NCBI GenBank assembly: GCA_964458645.1
Contig: CAYWJU010000002.1
Location: forward strand, 67,033 to 131,032
DNA: 64,000 nt
DNA from: an uncultured Candidatus Peribacteria bacterium
Lineage (GTDB): Bacteria; Patescibacteriota; Gracilibacteria; Peribacterales; Peribacteraceae
Direction: 5' to 3'
Shown here piece by piece: positions 31,771-40,824 of the stretch; position 1 is the stretch's first letter, and each line of letters begins with the position of its first letter. The notes under the pieces were generated by a model, which saw only the letters and a program-made list of their open reading frames with translations, made no database searches and was not told the origin of the DNA. A program made the translations under genes and the position numbers.

Positions 31771-32475
31771 ATGCGAACATTTCTCGTCTTCTCCGTCATC
31801 GCGCTCTACATTGCGGTCGCATTCGTGCCGCCGTCCTCGCAGAATTTGCAGGCGGCAATGTTGCAGCTCAATGAGTCCAGGCTTTTTACCGGAATTCATG
31901 TCGGCAGCGTTACAGCCGCAGGCCAGAAGGTCGATCTGCTTGCCACGGCAGGCTTATTGAAAGACTTGGCGACCAAGGTAGCAACCACGTCGCCGCAGTC
32001 TGTTGTCAGCGGTGCTTCCGGCAAAGAATATGCCGAAAAAATCACGCAGGCTGCCGGTGTAATTGCCGCAATCGGTGGCAAGTCGACCGATGAGCTGAAG
32101 GTTGATTTGCGCAATGAGTTGGCAAAGAAGGCGGCAGAAGCGATTCAGAATATCGGCAAAGGCAAGCCGGCCGGAAGCATTGCCTGGAAGAGAATATTGA
32201 AGAATGAAGTCGACCCAGTCGTACTGGAGCAGCTACAACTGATTCAGGCTGCGATTGTGGCTAGCGACGTTCGATTGTGCGGTGCATTGCCGTATGCAGC
32301 CCCGGTTGAACGGACTGCCGACGGAACCACATTCATGACTCCTTCACATGGCGATTACCTTGCCTACTGCCTGGCACGCGTCACTGGTGAAGGCAGTCGA
32401 TGCGATCAAATCGATGATCGTATTGCTCCCGCACTGCAAACAGCATGTCGCGCGGATTTCGGATCCGATGTCTAG
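31771..32475 (+). CDS. Hypothetical exported protein
   Basis: N-terminal hydrophobic signal/anchor MRTFLVFSVIALYIAVAFV. No motif recognised. Confidence 0.6.
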   Translation: MRTFLVFSVIALYIAVAFVPPSSQNLQAAMLQLNESRLFTGIHVGSVTAAGQKVDLLATAGLLKDLATKVATTSPQSVVSGASGKEYAEKITQAAGVIAAIGGKSTDELKVDLRNELAKKAAEAIQNIGKGKPAGSIAWKRILKNEVDPVVLEQLQLIQAAIVASDVRLCGALPYAAPVERTADGTTFMTPSHGDYLAYCLARVTGEGSRCDQIDDRIAPALQTACRADFGSDV

Positions 32476-32516
32476 TGCTCCCTTTTGTCTTTCCGACGTA
32501 CACTTCCCCTATCCGT

Positions 32517-33134
32517 ATGATCATGAAGAAGCGCAAAATCAAGATCGGAGTCATGGGTTCCGCCAGCGGACCGCAGATTGAGGATCCCATTGCCCGACAG
32601 AAGGCTCGCGAAATCGGCGAAGAAATCGCCAAGCGCGGTCACGTGTTCATTAACGGCGCCTGCCCGGGACTGCCGCACGATTCCATGCTTGCCGCAAAGG
32701 AAGGCGGCGGGCTGACCATGGGTATTTCGCCGGCGTTCTCCGAGTACGAGCACATCAATGAGTATATGTCGCCTGCCGGTCACGACATCATCGTATTCAC
32801 AGGTCTTGGTTTCATGGAGCGCGACATCATCAACATCCGCTCCAGTGACGCCATCGTCATCGTCGGCGGCGGTATCGGCACGTTGAACGAATTAACCATC
32901 GCCTACGATGAGGGTCGTCCGATTGGCATTCTCACCAACTCCGGCGGCATCAGCAATGCCGTGCCGCACATTGTAGAAGAGCTCTGCAAACGTACCATTC
33001 CTCCAAATATGGTGTTCGATGACGAACCCAAGAAGCTCTTAGACAAGCTGGAGGTCGTCATCGAGGCCTATCCACTGCCGATCCACGAAGACGGGCGCGT
33101 CAAAGACTCCAAGGGAGGAAATGCCCGAGGCTAA
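32517..33134 (+). CDS. LOG/TIGR00725-family (SLOG) Rossmann-fold protein
   Basis: KIGVMGSASG...INGACPGLPHD...VIVGGGIGTLNELTIAY (PGGxGTxxE-like motif). The start was trimmed to ATG 32517. Confidence 0.75.
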   Translation: MIMKKRKIKIGVMGSASGPQIEDPIARQKAREIGEEIAKRGHVFINGACPGLPHDSMLAAKEGGGLTMGISPAFSEYEHINEYMSPAGHDIIVFTGLGFMERDIINIRSSDAIVIVGGGIGTLNELTIAYDEGRPIGILTNSGGISNAVPHIVEELCKRTIPPNMVFDDEPKKLLDKLEVVIEAYPLPIHEDGRVKDSKGGNARG

Positions 33135-33194
33135 TACGGCAAGCGAACCAAAGAAGACCGCGACGACAAGAGCCGAACGCTCCTTGTTGCCCCT

Positions 33195-33219
33195 GCCTGC
33201 CGGCAGGCTTGATTTTTTG
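33195..33219 (+). terminator. Rho-independent terminator
   Basis: Palindrome GCCTGCCGGCAGGC followed by TTGATTTTTTG. Confidence 0.6.
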
Positions 33220-33224
33220 TCTTC

Positions 33225-35159
33225 TTATTTTTTTGTTCCAACGATTCCCATCTTGATCATTTCGTTGAGCAGTGCCTTGGCATCGGTGTTGTTTGGATTC
33301 TTTTGCAACAGGCCTTTCAGCAGCTCCAGAGCCGCAGCATTGTGTCCTTGGCGCAGTTCGACTGCACACAGTCGCAGTGTTACCTCGGTGAGTTCCGGAT
33401 TCAGTTCCAGTGCTCTGCGAAAGTTCGATGCTGCAGCTGGGAAGTTTTCTTGCCGCTCGTGCACAATGCCGAGCGCTTGCCAACCCTCGGCGAAGCGCGG
33501 ATTGATTTCCATGGCCTTGGTCAGTGCTGCTTCGGCTTCCGGTAGTCGGTTGGTATGCTCGTACACGCTGCCCAGGTTGATGTATGCGGCGGTAAATTCG
33601 GGCTCCAGTTGGATCGCACGTTCATAGGCGGCAATGGCTTGTTCGCTGTTCCCAGCTTCCTGTTCAATAATTCCAAGGCCCATCTGCGGTTCGGGTTTCT
33701 GCGGGTACGCGGCAATGGCTTTCTGATATTCGGCTTTGGCCAAATCCGTACGCCCCTGGAGTTTGTAGATGTTGGCGAAATTGGTGTAGACCTCCATTCG
33801 TGGGTGGATCGCAAACGCAGCACGCGTTTGGGCCAATGCTGCATCCAGCCTTCCGGCTTCACGGTCGATGATCGCCAAGTTCAAATGTGCGGCGATGGCG
33901 TCCGGTTGCTTTTTCAGGGCATCGCGGAACAAGACTTCGCTGTTGCGCCAGATCGTCGTTTGCAACGAGGCCAGTACGCCAAATGTTCCGAGTATGCCAA
34001 GAATGCCAATTCCGGCGATGCCGGCATTCCGGTCCAGCGTTCGTGTGTCACTGCTGCGCCGTACGATGTACTCCAACAGCAAGCCGAAGACCAAAAAGAT
34101 GCCTATGGACGGCAAGTAGGCATAGCGGTCGGAGGCGAAATACACTTCGCCTCCTTTGGCAAAATTCGTAAATGACGGCAAGAGGTTGATCAAAAAGAAT
34201 ATGAGTCCGAACGCCGCCATGCGAGAGCGGAATGCCAGCCAGACCGTAAATGCCATGAGCGCCAGCGTGAGAATCACGGGCACGAAGAAGTCCTGTGATG
34301 AAATCGCTATGGTCTTGGTGTACGGATACAGCACCGTCAGATCGGTGGGCATCACCAGCTTCTGGACATAGAACATGGTGCTCTTGGCCGCCATGAGGAT
34401 TTTGTCTCCCGTTCCGGTGGATTCCAGGACTTCGCGCTTGCCGAACAGTGCCACGATTCCGAGTGTCACAGACAAGGCAGCGTAGGGGAGTTTCTCCGCT
34501 ATTGCGCCTTTCGTGAGTACTCGGCGCCGCACCCAGTCGATGAGTACCAGCATCACCGGCAGCATGACAATGGACACCTTGGCCAACAGTCCGAGGGCGA
34601 ACAGCGCGACGCTCAGTCCGTAGATCCACCACTGTCCGCGAACCCGGTCTTCAGTGGGTGCGTAGTGCACGTATGCCAACAGCGATGCCAAGCAGAAGAA
34701 CGTCGAGAGCGTATCTTTGCGAGCACTTGCCCATGCCACCGCTTCCACATGCAGCGGATGCGTGACGAACAGCAATGCAACCAACCAGCCGAGCCATGCT
34801 TTGCCCGTCAACTTGCGAACGAATGCCATTGCCAGCAGTGCGCTGAGCGCATGCAAAACCAAGTTGCCTAGGTGATAGGGCAACGGATTCAGTCCGCCCA
34901 TGGCGTAGTCCACCTGCCAACTGAGCAGCGTGAGTGGAATATAGAGTTCCGGATCATAACTTGTGAATGCGCGCCGTATGTTCTCGGCGTTCACATCTTT
35001 GAGAATCGTATTGCCGTAAATGAGGGCGGTGTCGTCCCACGATACGAATGCATTGTGCAACGATGCGCCGTAGACAATGAGCGCCACGGCTGAAACAAGC
35101 AACGCGGGCAGCCCGATATCGAGCAGGAACCGCCGGAGCCGGGACGTCTCGCTCATCAT
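33225..35159 (-). CDS. Multi-pass membrane protein with C-terminal TPR repeats (PMT/TMTC-like glycosyltransferase architecture)
   Basis: About 10 hydrophobic helices. FVSWDDTALIYGN motif near the N-terminus. At least six TPR units (AIAAYERAIQLEPEF..., ALTKAMEINPRF..., NFRRALELNPEL...). Confidence 0.75.
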   Translation of the reverse strand: MMSETSRLRRFLLDIGLPALLVSAVALIVYGASLHNAFVSWDDTALIYGNTILKDVNAENIRRAFTSYDPELYIPLTLLSWQVDYAMGGLNPLPYHLGNLVLHALSALLAMAFVRKLTGKAWLGWLVALLFVTHPLHVEAVAWASARKDTLSTFFCLASLLAYVHYAPTEDRVRGQWWIYGLSVALFALGLLAKVSIVMLPVMLVLIDWVRRRVLTKGAIAEKLPYAALSVTLGIVALFGKREVLESTGTGDKILMAAKSTMFYVQKLVMPTDLTVLYPYTKTIAISSQDFFVPVILTLALMAFTVWLAFRSRMAAFGLIFFLINLLPSFTNFAKGGEVYFASDRYAYLPSIGIFLVFGLLLEYIVRRSSDTRTLDRNAGIAGIGILGILGTFGVLASLQTTIWRNSEVLFRDALKKQPDAIAAHLNLAIIDREAGRLDAALAQTRAAFAIHPRMEVYTNFANIYKLQGRTDLAKAEYQKAIAAYPQKPEPQMGLGIIEQEAGNSEQAIAAYERAIQLEPEFTAAYINLGSVYEHTNRLPEAEAALTKAMEINPRFAEGWQALGIVHERQENFPAAASNFRRALELNPELTEVTLRLCAVELRQGHNAAALELLKGLLQKNPNNTDAKALLNEMIKMGIVGTKK

Positions 35160-36526
35160 TCTTTGTCTAAGTAAGTCGGACGTTCGCGTTGCGTGCTTTT
35201 GGTGACCCAGCGAATCGGCGTCCCGTCGAAGCCGAACGTTTCACGTAGGCGGTTGTCCAAATAACGCAGCTGTGTCACGCCCACGTTCTTCGGGTTTTTC
35301 ACGAAAACCACGAATGTCGGAGGAATGTCATCCGCCTGCGTGATGAACTTGCTGCGGGCGATTTCGCCAAGTGGTTGGCCGTAGGTAACGCGCTCGAACC
35401 ATTTCTTCAGTTCGCGCATGGGGATACGGCGTACGCGGGCAGCCTGCACGGACTCTGCGACGTCGAAAATTTTCAGCACGCCGTCACGGGTCTTTGCCGA
35501 AACCGGCATCATTTTGGCGAAGCGGCAGAAGTTGAGCATCAGCTGGACGTCGGCCATTTTTTCCTTGCGCGCCTCGCCTTTCAGCGTATCAATTTTATTA
35601 ACCAGAATGATCATGCCCTTACCCGATTGCACGATAAGGCTGGCGATCTTTTTGTCCTGCTGTGTGACTTCCTTTTCGGTGGCGTCCAGCACGAGCACCG
35701 CAATGTCGCAATGCTCCACTGCCTGTACCGTGCGCAGCATGGAGTACCGTTCGATTTCAGGAAGTGTTCGGGCGTGCTTTTTAATGCCGGCCGTGTCTAC
35801 CAGCACGTACGGATGCTCCTGGAAGTACACAACCGTATCGGTGCTGTCGCGAGTTGTACCGGCGACCTCGGATACCAACAAGGCGGCCGTTTCGCGCTGA
35901 GCGTCGTTCATCATCGCGTTGACGAGCGAGCTTTTGCCCACGTTGGGTTTGCCCACGATGGCGATGCGTAGTGCCGTGTCCGTGCGTTCCTCCAGGCGGC
36001 CGAAGTGCAGCTTTGTGAGTTCATCCGTAATGGCGTCGCGCAGCTCATCTATGCCGCGGTTGTGCGTGGCGGAAATGTGGATGATGTTGTCGCCCATGCG
36101 AATCTCGTGCGGCTGCGGGGCGACCTCTTCGGCGATTTCATCGTTGTCGATTTTCGTGAGCGTTACGATCACGGGAACGTGGCGTTTACGCTTCTTGCGC
36201 AGCACGTCAATGATGCGATGGTCGTCTTGGGTCAATTGCTCCTTGCCGTTGATTGTCAGCAAAATAAGGTCGGCGTGTTCGAGTGCAAGCATCGACTGGC
36301 CATAGACGTCCTCTTCGAAATCTTTGTCATCGGTGGCGCCCATACCGCCGGTGTCGACCAGTAGGTAGCTAACCTCTTCGTTGTCGATGCGTTCGGAAAT
36401 ATGGTCGCGGGTTGTGCCTGGAATTTCGCTTACGATCGCACGGCGTTTTCCAACCATGCGGTTGAAGAGCGTCGATTTGCCGGTATTCGGCCTGCCGATG
36501 ATCGCAACCGTGGGTAATTTGGCCAT
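35156..36526 (-). CDS. der: Ribosome-associated GTPase Der (EngA)
   Basis: Two G domains (GRPNTGKSTLFN, DTGG; GKPNVGKSSLVN, DTAG, NKID) plus a KH-like C-terminus. Confidence 0.95.
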   Translation of the reverse strand: MAKLPTVAIIGRPNTGKSTLFNRMVGKRRAIVSEIPGTTRDHISERIDNEEVSYLLVDTGGMGATDDKDFEEDVYGQSMLALEHADLILLTINGKEQLTQDDHRIIDVLRKKRKRHVPVIVTLTKIDNDEIAEEVAPQPHEIRMGDNIIHISATHNRGIDELRDAITDELTKLHFGRLEERTDTALRIAIVGKPNVGKSSLVNAMMNDAQRETAALLVSEVAGTTRDSTDTVVYFQEHPYVLVDTAGIKKHARTLPEIERYSMLRTVQAVEHCDIAVLVLDATEKEVTQQDKKIASLIVQSGKGMIILVNKIDTLKGEARKEKMADVQLMLNFCRFAKMMPVSAKTRDGVLKIFDVAESVQAARVRRIPMRELKKWFERVTYGQPLGEIARSKFITQADDIPPTFVVFVKNPKNVGVTQLRYLDNRLRETFGFDGTPIRWVTKSTQRERPTYLDKE

Positions 36527-36533
36527 GCGCCAC

Positions 36534-36539
36534 AGTGTA
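36534..36539 (-). promoter_or_regulatory. -10 box TACACT, 7 nt upstream of der ATG 36526
   Basis: Sequence match on the minus strand. Confidence 0.45.
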
Positions 36540-36559
36540 CACCGCTTTCACAGTTCTTC

Positions 36560-37390
36560 TTAGGCTTTTTTCAGCGGAATCGATTCGCGGGGGTCTGCGA
36601 TCTCTATTGCGCGGTCGCCATATTGCCTGAGCATGTCGTGGATAATCGCCAGCGGCATGCTATAGCCCATTTCCTCCCAGCCCAGCGCTTCCAGGCGGAA
36701 TGCTTGGATACCTGCGGCTCCCTTGTGCACCCGAGCGGTGCGGTCCCCGAGTGTCACGTCGGCAACAACGCCGGACTTCGATGTGGTGTAGTCCGTGGGC
36801 GTCCCTGCGTAAAAGCCCTCTGTCGTTTTGAAGTGCTGCGAACGGTCGTCCAAACCAACGCGCATGACAGCAGTCAGACGCAGTTGTTTTGCATAGGCAT
36901 CTTTATCCACGTCGCCGCCTTTCAGACGGATGCTGGCCAAACCCACCGCCATACGCATGATCGGACCGTTGTCGATTGTGCCGGGCTTCGGCAAGTCACC
37001 GCTTTTGCGCGGACGAAAAACGATCGGTGTCATCATATTTCCCAAGCCCTGATTCCTGACGCCGCTGAATGCAAGAATGTCACGCACGGCATGCATCTGT
37101 GAGGCAATGCGATAGACCACGCCGATGATTTTCTCGTGGTCCTCGAATCCGCTCAGGCGTCCTTGTGGGATACTCGCCCAGACGCGCTCGAACGCTTGCA
37201 CCACGCATGCGGCCAGCGGATCACTCTTCATCTTCTCTAGATCGAAGTTGGCGAACACCACTTGTCGCAGCTGGTCCTTCTCGGCATCCCAATACTCCAG
37301 CGCGTCGCGGGGAGGCAGGCTGGAAATGCTCTGCAGGTGACCGCCGAGAAACGGCGCCAGATTGTCGACTGCTGAAATGGTACTGGCCAT
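36560..37390 (-). CDS. Hypothetical protein (second gene of an ORFan pair upstream of der)
   Basis: 276-aa ORF, 5 nt after the stop of the upstream ORF. No motif recognised with confidence. Confidence 0.6.
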   Translation of the reverse strand: MASTISAVDNLAPFLGGHLQSISSLPPRDALEYWDAEKDQLRQVVFANFDLEKMKSDPLAACVVQAFERVWASIPQGRLSGFEDHEKIIGVVYRIASQMHAVRDILAFSGVRNQGLGNMMTPIVFRPRKSGDLPKPGTIDNGPIMRMAVGLASIRLKGGDVDKDAYAKQLRLTAVMRVGLDDRSQHFKTTEGFYAGTPTDYTTSKSGVVADVTLGDRTARVHKGAAGIQAFRLEALGWEEMGYSMPLAIIHDMLRQYGDRAIEIADPRESIPLKKA

Positions 37391-37395
37391 ACTGT

Positions 37396-38259
37396 TTAGG
37401 AAAATTGCGCGGAAAGAAGATTGCTGGGGTGTAGGCGCAACAACGTTTCAATCGCGCGCGTCGGTCCGGTCACATTCAGATTGGATTCCCAAGCGAATTC
37501 GCGTACTTCGGTGCGGCCGGGAAGCCTGGAGAAGTTTCGTGAAGGCACGGCGTGTTTCTGTCCTCCGATCATGATTTCCGCAGGCCAATCATTATCTTTC
37601 GGTTCAGTCGCATCGATATGGCTCAGCCCCAGGACGCCGCGCATTTTTTTATCGTCGCCGCGCCCGATGTGCACGTCGTCAACGAGCTTGCGCAGCCGAG
37701 CCACGACCGATGCCTGATCGGACTGTATGGCTGGCAGCGTGAGGTGTTTGCGAATGACCGGTTCGCATGCCAATACCAACGTGGCTGCTTCATTGCGTTC
37801 ATCATTGCGCTCTTTCATCTTGGCAGGTGGCGCTTTCATGAGTGGCTGGAAATGAAGTGCCGTGGTCGTAGTCATGGCATCACTCGGTCCTTTGCCGGCC
37901 GCAGTAAGCAGTGTACGAATAGTCGTTGCCTGGGCGCCGAGCATCAGCAGTACCGATCTCCAACGACAAGTGGATTCATAGTCGTTGCCGTCATGGAGTT
38001 GCGGATAGCGGTTCTTCAAGAAGTCGAGAAAAAACAGGTCCGATGAACTTACGGTTGGAAATGCCAGCGACCCGCGATGTGCGGCGCGAATCGCATTCAA
38101 AACGTTGTCGTTGCTACCATCGGGCATCAGCTTTCGCAGCTCCTTATTTGCAGTGATCAGTGCCTCGCGCACATCGTCGGTACGGCCGCATTCCGTGCTT
38201 TTCAGCGCGGTTCCGATGTGGTTTTCCCACTTCGATAGTTGATCGAGCGTTCCAGGCAT
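37396..38259 (-). CDS. Hypothetical protein (first gene of the ORFan pair)
   Basis: The ORF-track start at 38298 is TTG. ATG 38259 is preferred because TTGACA-N17-TTTGAT lies just upstream. Confidence 0.55.
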   Translation of the reverse strand: MPGTLDQLSKWENHIGTALKSTECGRTDDVREALITANKELRKLMPDGSNDNVLNAIRAAHRGSLAFPTVSSSDLFFLDFLKNRYPQLHDGNDYESTCRWRSVLLMLGAQATTIRTLLTAAGKGPSDAMTTTTALHFQPLMKAPPAKMKERNDERNEAATLVLACEPVIRKHLTLPAIQSDQASVVARLRKLVDDVHIGRGDDKKMRGVLGLSHIDATEPKDNDWPAEIMIGGQKHAVPSRNFSRLPGRTEVREFAWESNLNVTGPTRAIETLLRLHPSNLLSAQFS

Positions 38260-38358
38260 ATGGCCGGATATCAAAGGCGAACCCGCACCTACTGTCAACG
38301 TCGTCCCAATGCGATACTCACTTTATCCCAAATACTGGCGAACGCGGCTTTCTGGCAC

Positions 38359-38364
38359 TAGGAT
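38359..38364 (+). promoter_or_regulatory. -10 box TAGGAT, 6 nt upstream of leuS ATG 38371
   Basis: Sequence match. Confidence 0.5.
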
Positions 38365-38370
38365 GTCGCC

Positions 38371-40824
38371 ATGCCGAATTACGAGCCGACCGCAGTCGAG
38401 TCCAAATGGCAGAAGAAGTGGGAGGAAGCCAAGGCCTTCGAAGCCGACCTCAGCAATGCCAAGGACAAGTTCTACTCCATGGTCATGTTCCCGTACCCGA
38501 GCGGCGACAAGCTGCACGTGGGCCACTGGTATAACTTCGCACCCGCCGACAGCTACGCGCGTTTCCAGCGTATGAAGGGAAAGAGCGTGTTCTGTCCCAT
38601 GGGCTTCGATGCATTCGGTCTTCCGGCCGAGAACTACGCCATTAAGACCGGCATCCACCCCAACGAGTCCATCGCCAAGAACGTGCAGACCATGATCACG
38701 CAGCTCAAGCGCATTGGTTGCATGTACGACTGGGACAAGATGGTAAACACGTCTACGCCCCAGTACTACCGCTGGACGCAGTGGTTGTTCTTGGAAATGC
38801 ACCGCCACGGACTGGCCTATAAGAAGAAGGGCAACGTGAATTACTGCCCCAAGGATCAGACCGTGTTGGCTAACGAGCAAGTCTGGGAGGGCAAATGCGA
38901 GCGCTGTGGCACCGAAGTTGTGCAAAAACCGCTGGAGCAGTGGTATTGGAAGATCACCGACTACGCCCAAAAACTCCTGGACGGCCTGGATGGTTTGGAT
39001 TGGCCGGAGAAAACCAAGATCATGCAAAGGAACTGGATCGGCCGCAGTGAAGGCGTGAATATCAAATCGCGTGTTAAGGATTTAGGCGATGAGTTCGAAG
39101 TCTACGACTCGGTGCCCCAGACGTTCATGGCCCAGACGTTCACCGTCATCGCGCCCGAGCATCCGCTCTTGCTGAAGATGATTAAGGGCACGCCGCAGGA
39201 ACCGGAGATCCTTGCCTTCATCGATAAGATTAAAAAGAAGAAGGCTGCCAAGCGCTTCAATTTCGATGAAGACGTGGAAGGCATCTTCACCGGCCGCTAC
39301 GTAGACAACCCCTTCGGCACCGGTGACCTGCCCATCTGGGTGGCGTCGTTCGTGGTCATGGACTACGGCACCGGCATCGTGCACTGCTCGGCCCACGACC
39401 AGCGCGACTTCGCGTTCGCCAAGAAGTATGGCATCCCGCTGCGCCCCGTCATGTTCCCGGCCGATGCCAAAGAAGCCGAGAAGGTGAAGAATCTGGAAGT
39501 CTGTTACTCCAAAGAGCCCGAAGCCGTTCTGCAGCAGCCCGAGAAGTTCAAGGGGCGAAAATGGGGCGAGGTCCGGCCGGACATCATCGATTTCATGGAG
39601 AAGGATATGAAGATCGCCAAGCGCTCGGTGCACTATCGCCTCCGCGATTGGCTGGTCTCCCGCCAGCGCTACTGGGGCGCACCCATCCCCATAGTCTACG
39701 ACCCCGAAGGTAATCCGCATCCGGTGCCCGAAGAGCACTTGCCGTGGACACTGCCGACCGACGTAGAGTTTCGTCCCACCGGCGAGTCGCCGCTCAAGCT
39801 CAGCAAGGAGTTCGTCGAGCGCACCGAAAAGATCTTCGGCAAGGGCTGGCGCCCCGAGTACGACACCATGGATACGTTCGTGTGCTCCAGCTTCTATTAC
39901 CTTATGTATCTGGCCGGTCACCAGCAGGAGCCGCTGTCGCAGCACCCCGGCATCACCGAGCTTATCGACGTGAAGACCGAGAAGAACTGGATGCCCGTGG
40001 ACATGTACATCGGTGGTCCGGAGCATGCTTGCATGCACCTTATCTACGCGCGTTTCGTGATGATGGCACTCAAAGATTTCGGCTACACGGAGCACTCTGA
40101 GCCGTTCAAAAAATTAGTTCACCAAGGACTCATTACCAACCAAGGTGCCAAGATGAGCAAGAGCAAGGGTAACGTCGTAAGCCCCGATGCATTCGTCGAT
40201 CGTCACGGCTCCGACGTGTTTCGGTTGTACCTCATGTTCATGGGTCCGTTCACCGACGGCGGCGACTGGAGCGATACCGGCATCCGCGGCACCGATCGAT
40301 TCGTACAGCGCATCTGGCGCGTGGTCAGCGAGAAGTCCAAGACAGGCTTCACCGATGGCCCCGACGTGCTGGCCATGCTGCACAAGTCGATTAAGAAAGT
40401 TGCCGAGGACATCGAGAAGCTACATTTCAACACGGCCATTTCGACGCTTATGGAATTGCTGAATCTCATCGAGGCAAAGGAGAATATTTCGCAGGAAACC
40501 GGCAAAGCAATCGCGCTCATGTTGTCGCCCATCGCGCCGCACTTGTCCGAGGAGCTGTGGAATTTGCTCGGCGGCAAGGGCTTTGCTATGGATCAGTCAT
40601 GGCCCACATTCGATGCCAAATACCTGGTGCAGACCACGCTCACCATCGTCGTACAGGTGAATGGCAAATTGCGAGCCAACATCGAAGTTGCTGCCGACAC
40701 GCCGGAAAGCGACATTCTTGCAAAAGCAAAATCCGATCCCCACGTGCAGAAGTTCCTGGAAGGGAAAACGCTCAAGAAGGAAATCTACGTGAAGGGCAAA
40801 CTTGTCAGCTTAGTTGTTGCCTAA
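38371..40824 (+). CDS. leuS: Leucine--tRNA ligase
   Basis: MFPYPSGDKLHVGHWYNF (HIGH), CP1 editing domain, KMSKSKGNV. Confidence 0.97.
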   Translation: MPNYEPTAVESKWQKKWEEAKAFEADLSNAKDKFYSMVMFPYPSGDKLHVGHWYNFAPADSYARFQRMKGKSVFCPMGFDAFGLPAENYAIKTGIHPNESIAKNVQTMITQLKRIGCMYDWDKMVNTSTPQYYRWTQWLFLEMHRHGLAYKKKGNVNYCPKDQTVLANEQVWEGKCERCGTEVVQKPLEQWYWKITDYAQKLLDGLDGLDWPEKTKIMQRNWIGRSEGVNIKSRVKDLGDEFEVYDSVPQTFMAQTFTVIAPEHPLLLKMIKGTPQEPEILAFIDKIKKKKAAKRFNFDEDVEGIFTGRYVDNPFGTGDLPIWVASFVVMDYGTGIVHCSAHDQRDFAFAKKYGIPLRPVMFPADAKEAEKVKNLEVCYSKEPEAVLQQPEKFKGRKWGEVRPDIIDFMEKDMKIAKRSVHYRLRDWLVSRQRYWGAPIPIVYDPEGNPHPVPEEHLPWTLPTDVEFRPTGESPLKLSKEFVERTEKIFGKGWRPEYDTMDTFVCSSFYYLMYLAGHQQEPLSQHPGITELIDVKTEKNWMPVDMYIGGPEHACMHLIYARFVMMALKDFGYTEHSEPFKKLVHQGLITNQGAKMSKSKGNVVSPDAFVDRHGSDVFRLYLMFMGPFTDGGDWSDTGIRGTDRFVQRIWRVVSEKSKTGFTDGPDVLAMLHKSIKKVAEDIEKLHFNTAISTLMELLNLIEAKENISQETGKAIALMLSPIAPHLSEELWNLLGGKGFAMDQSWPTFDAKYLVQTTLTIVVQVNGKLRANIEVAADTPESDILAKAKSDPHVQKFLEGKTLKKEIYVKGKLVSLVVA

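Noticed and set aside
36560-37390. A weak R ... TTS ... E-x-x-x-x-EE pattern hinting at an ADP-ribosyltransferase fold in ORFan 36560-37390.
   Set aside because: The spacing and local context do not match the R-S-E signature convincingly. This is pattern matching by eye only and is not reported as a call.
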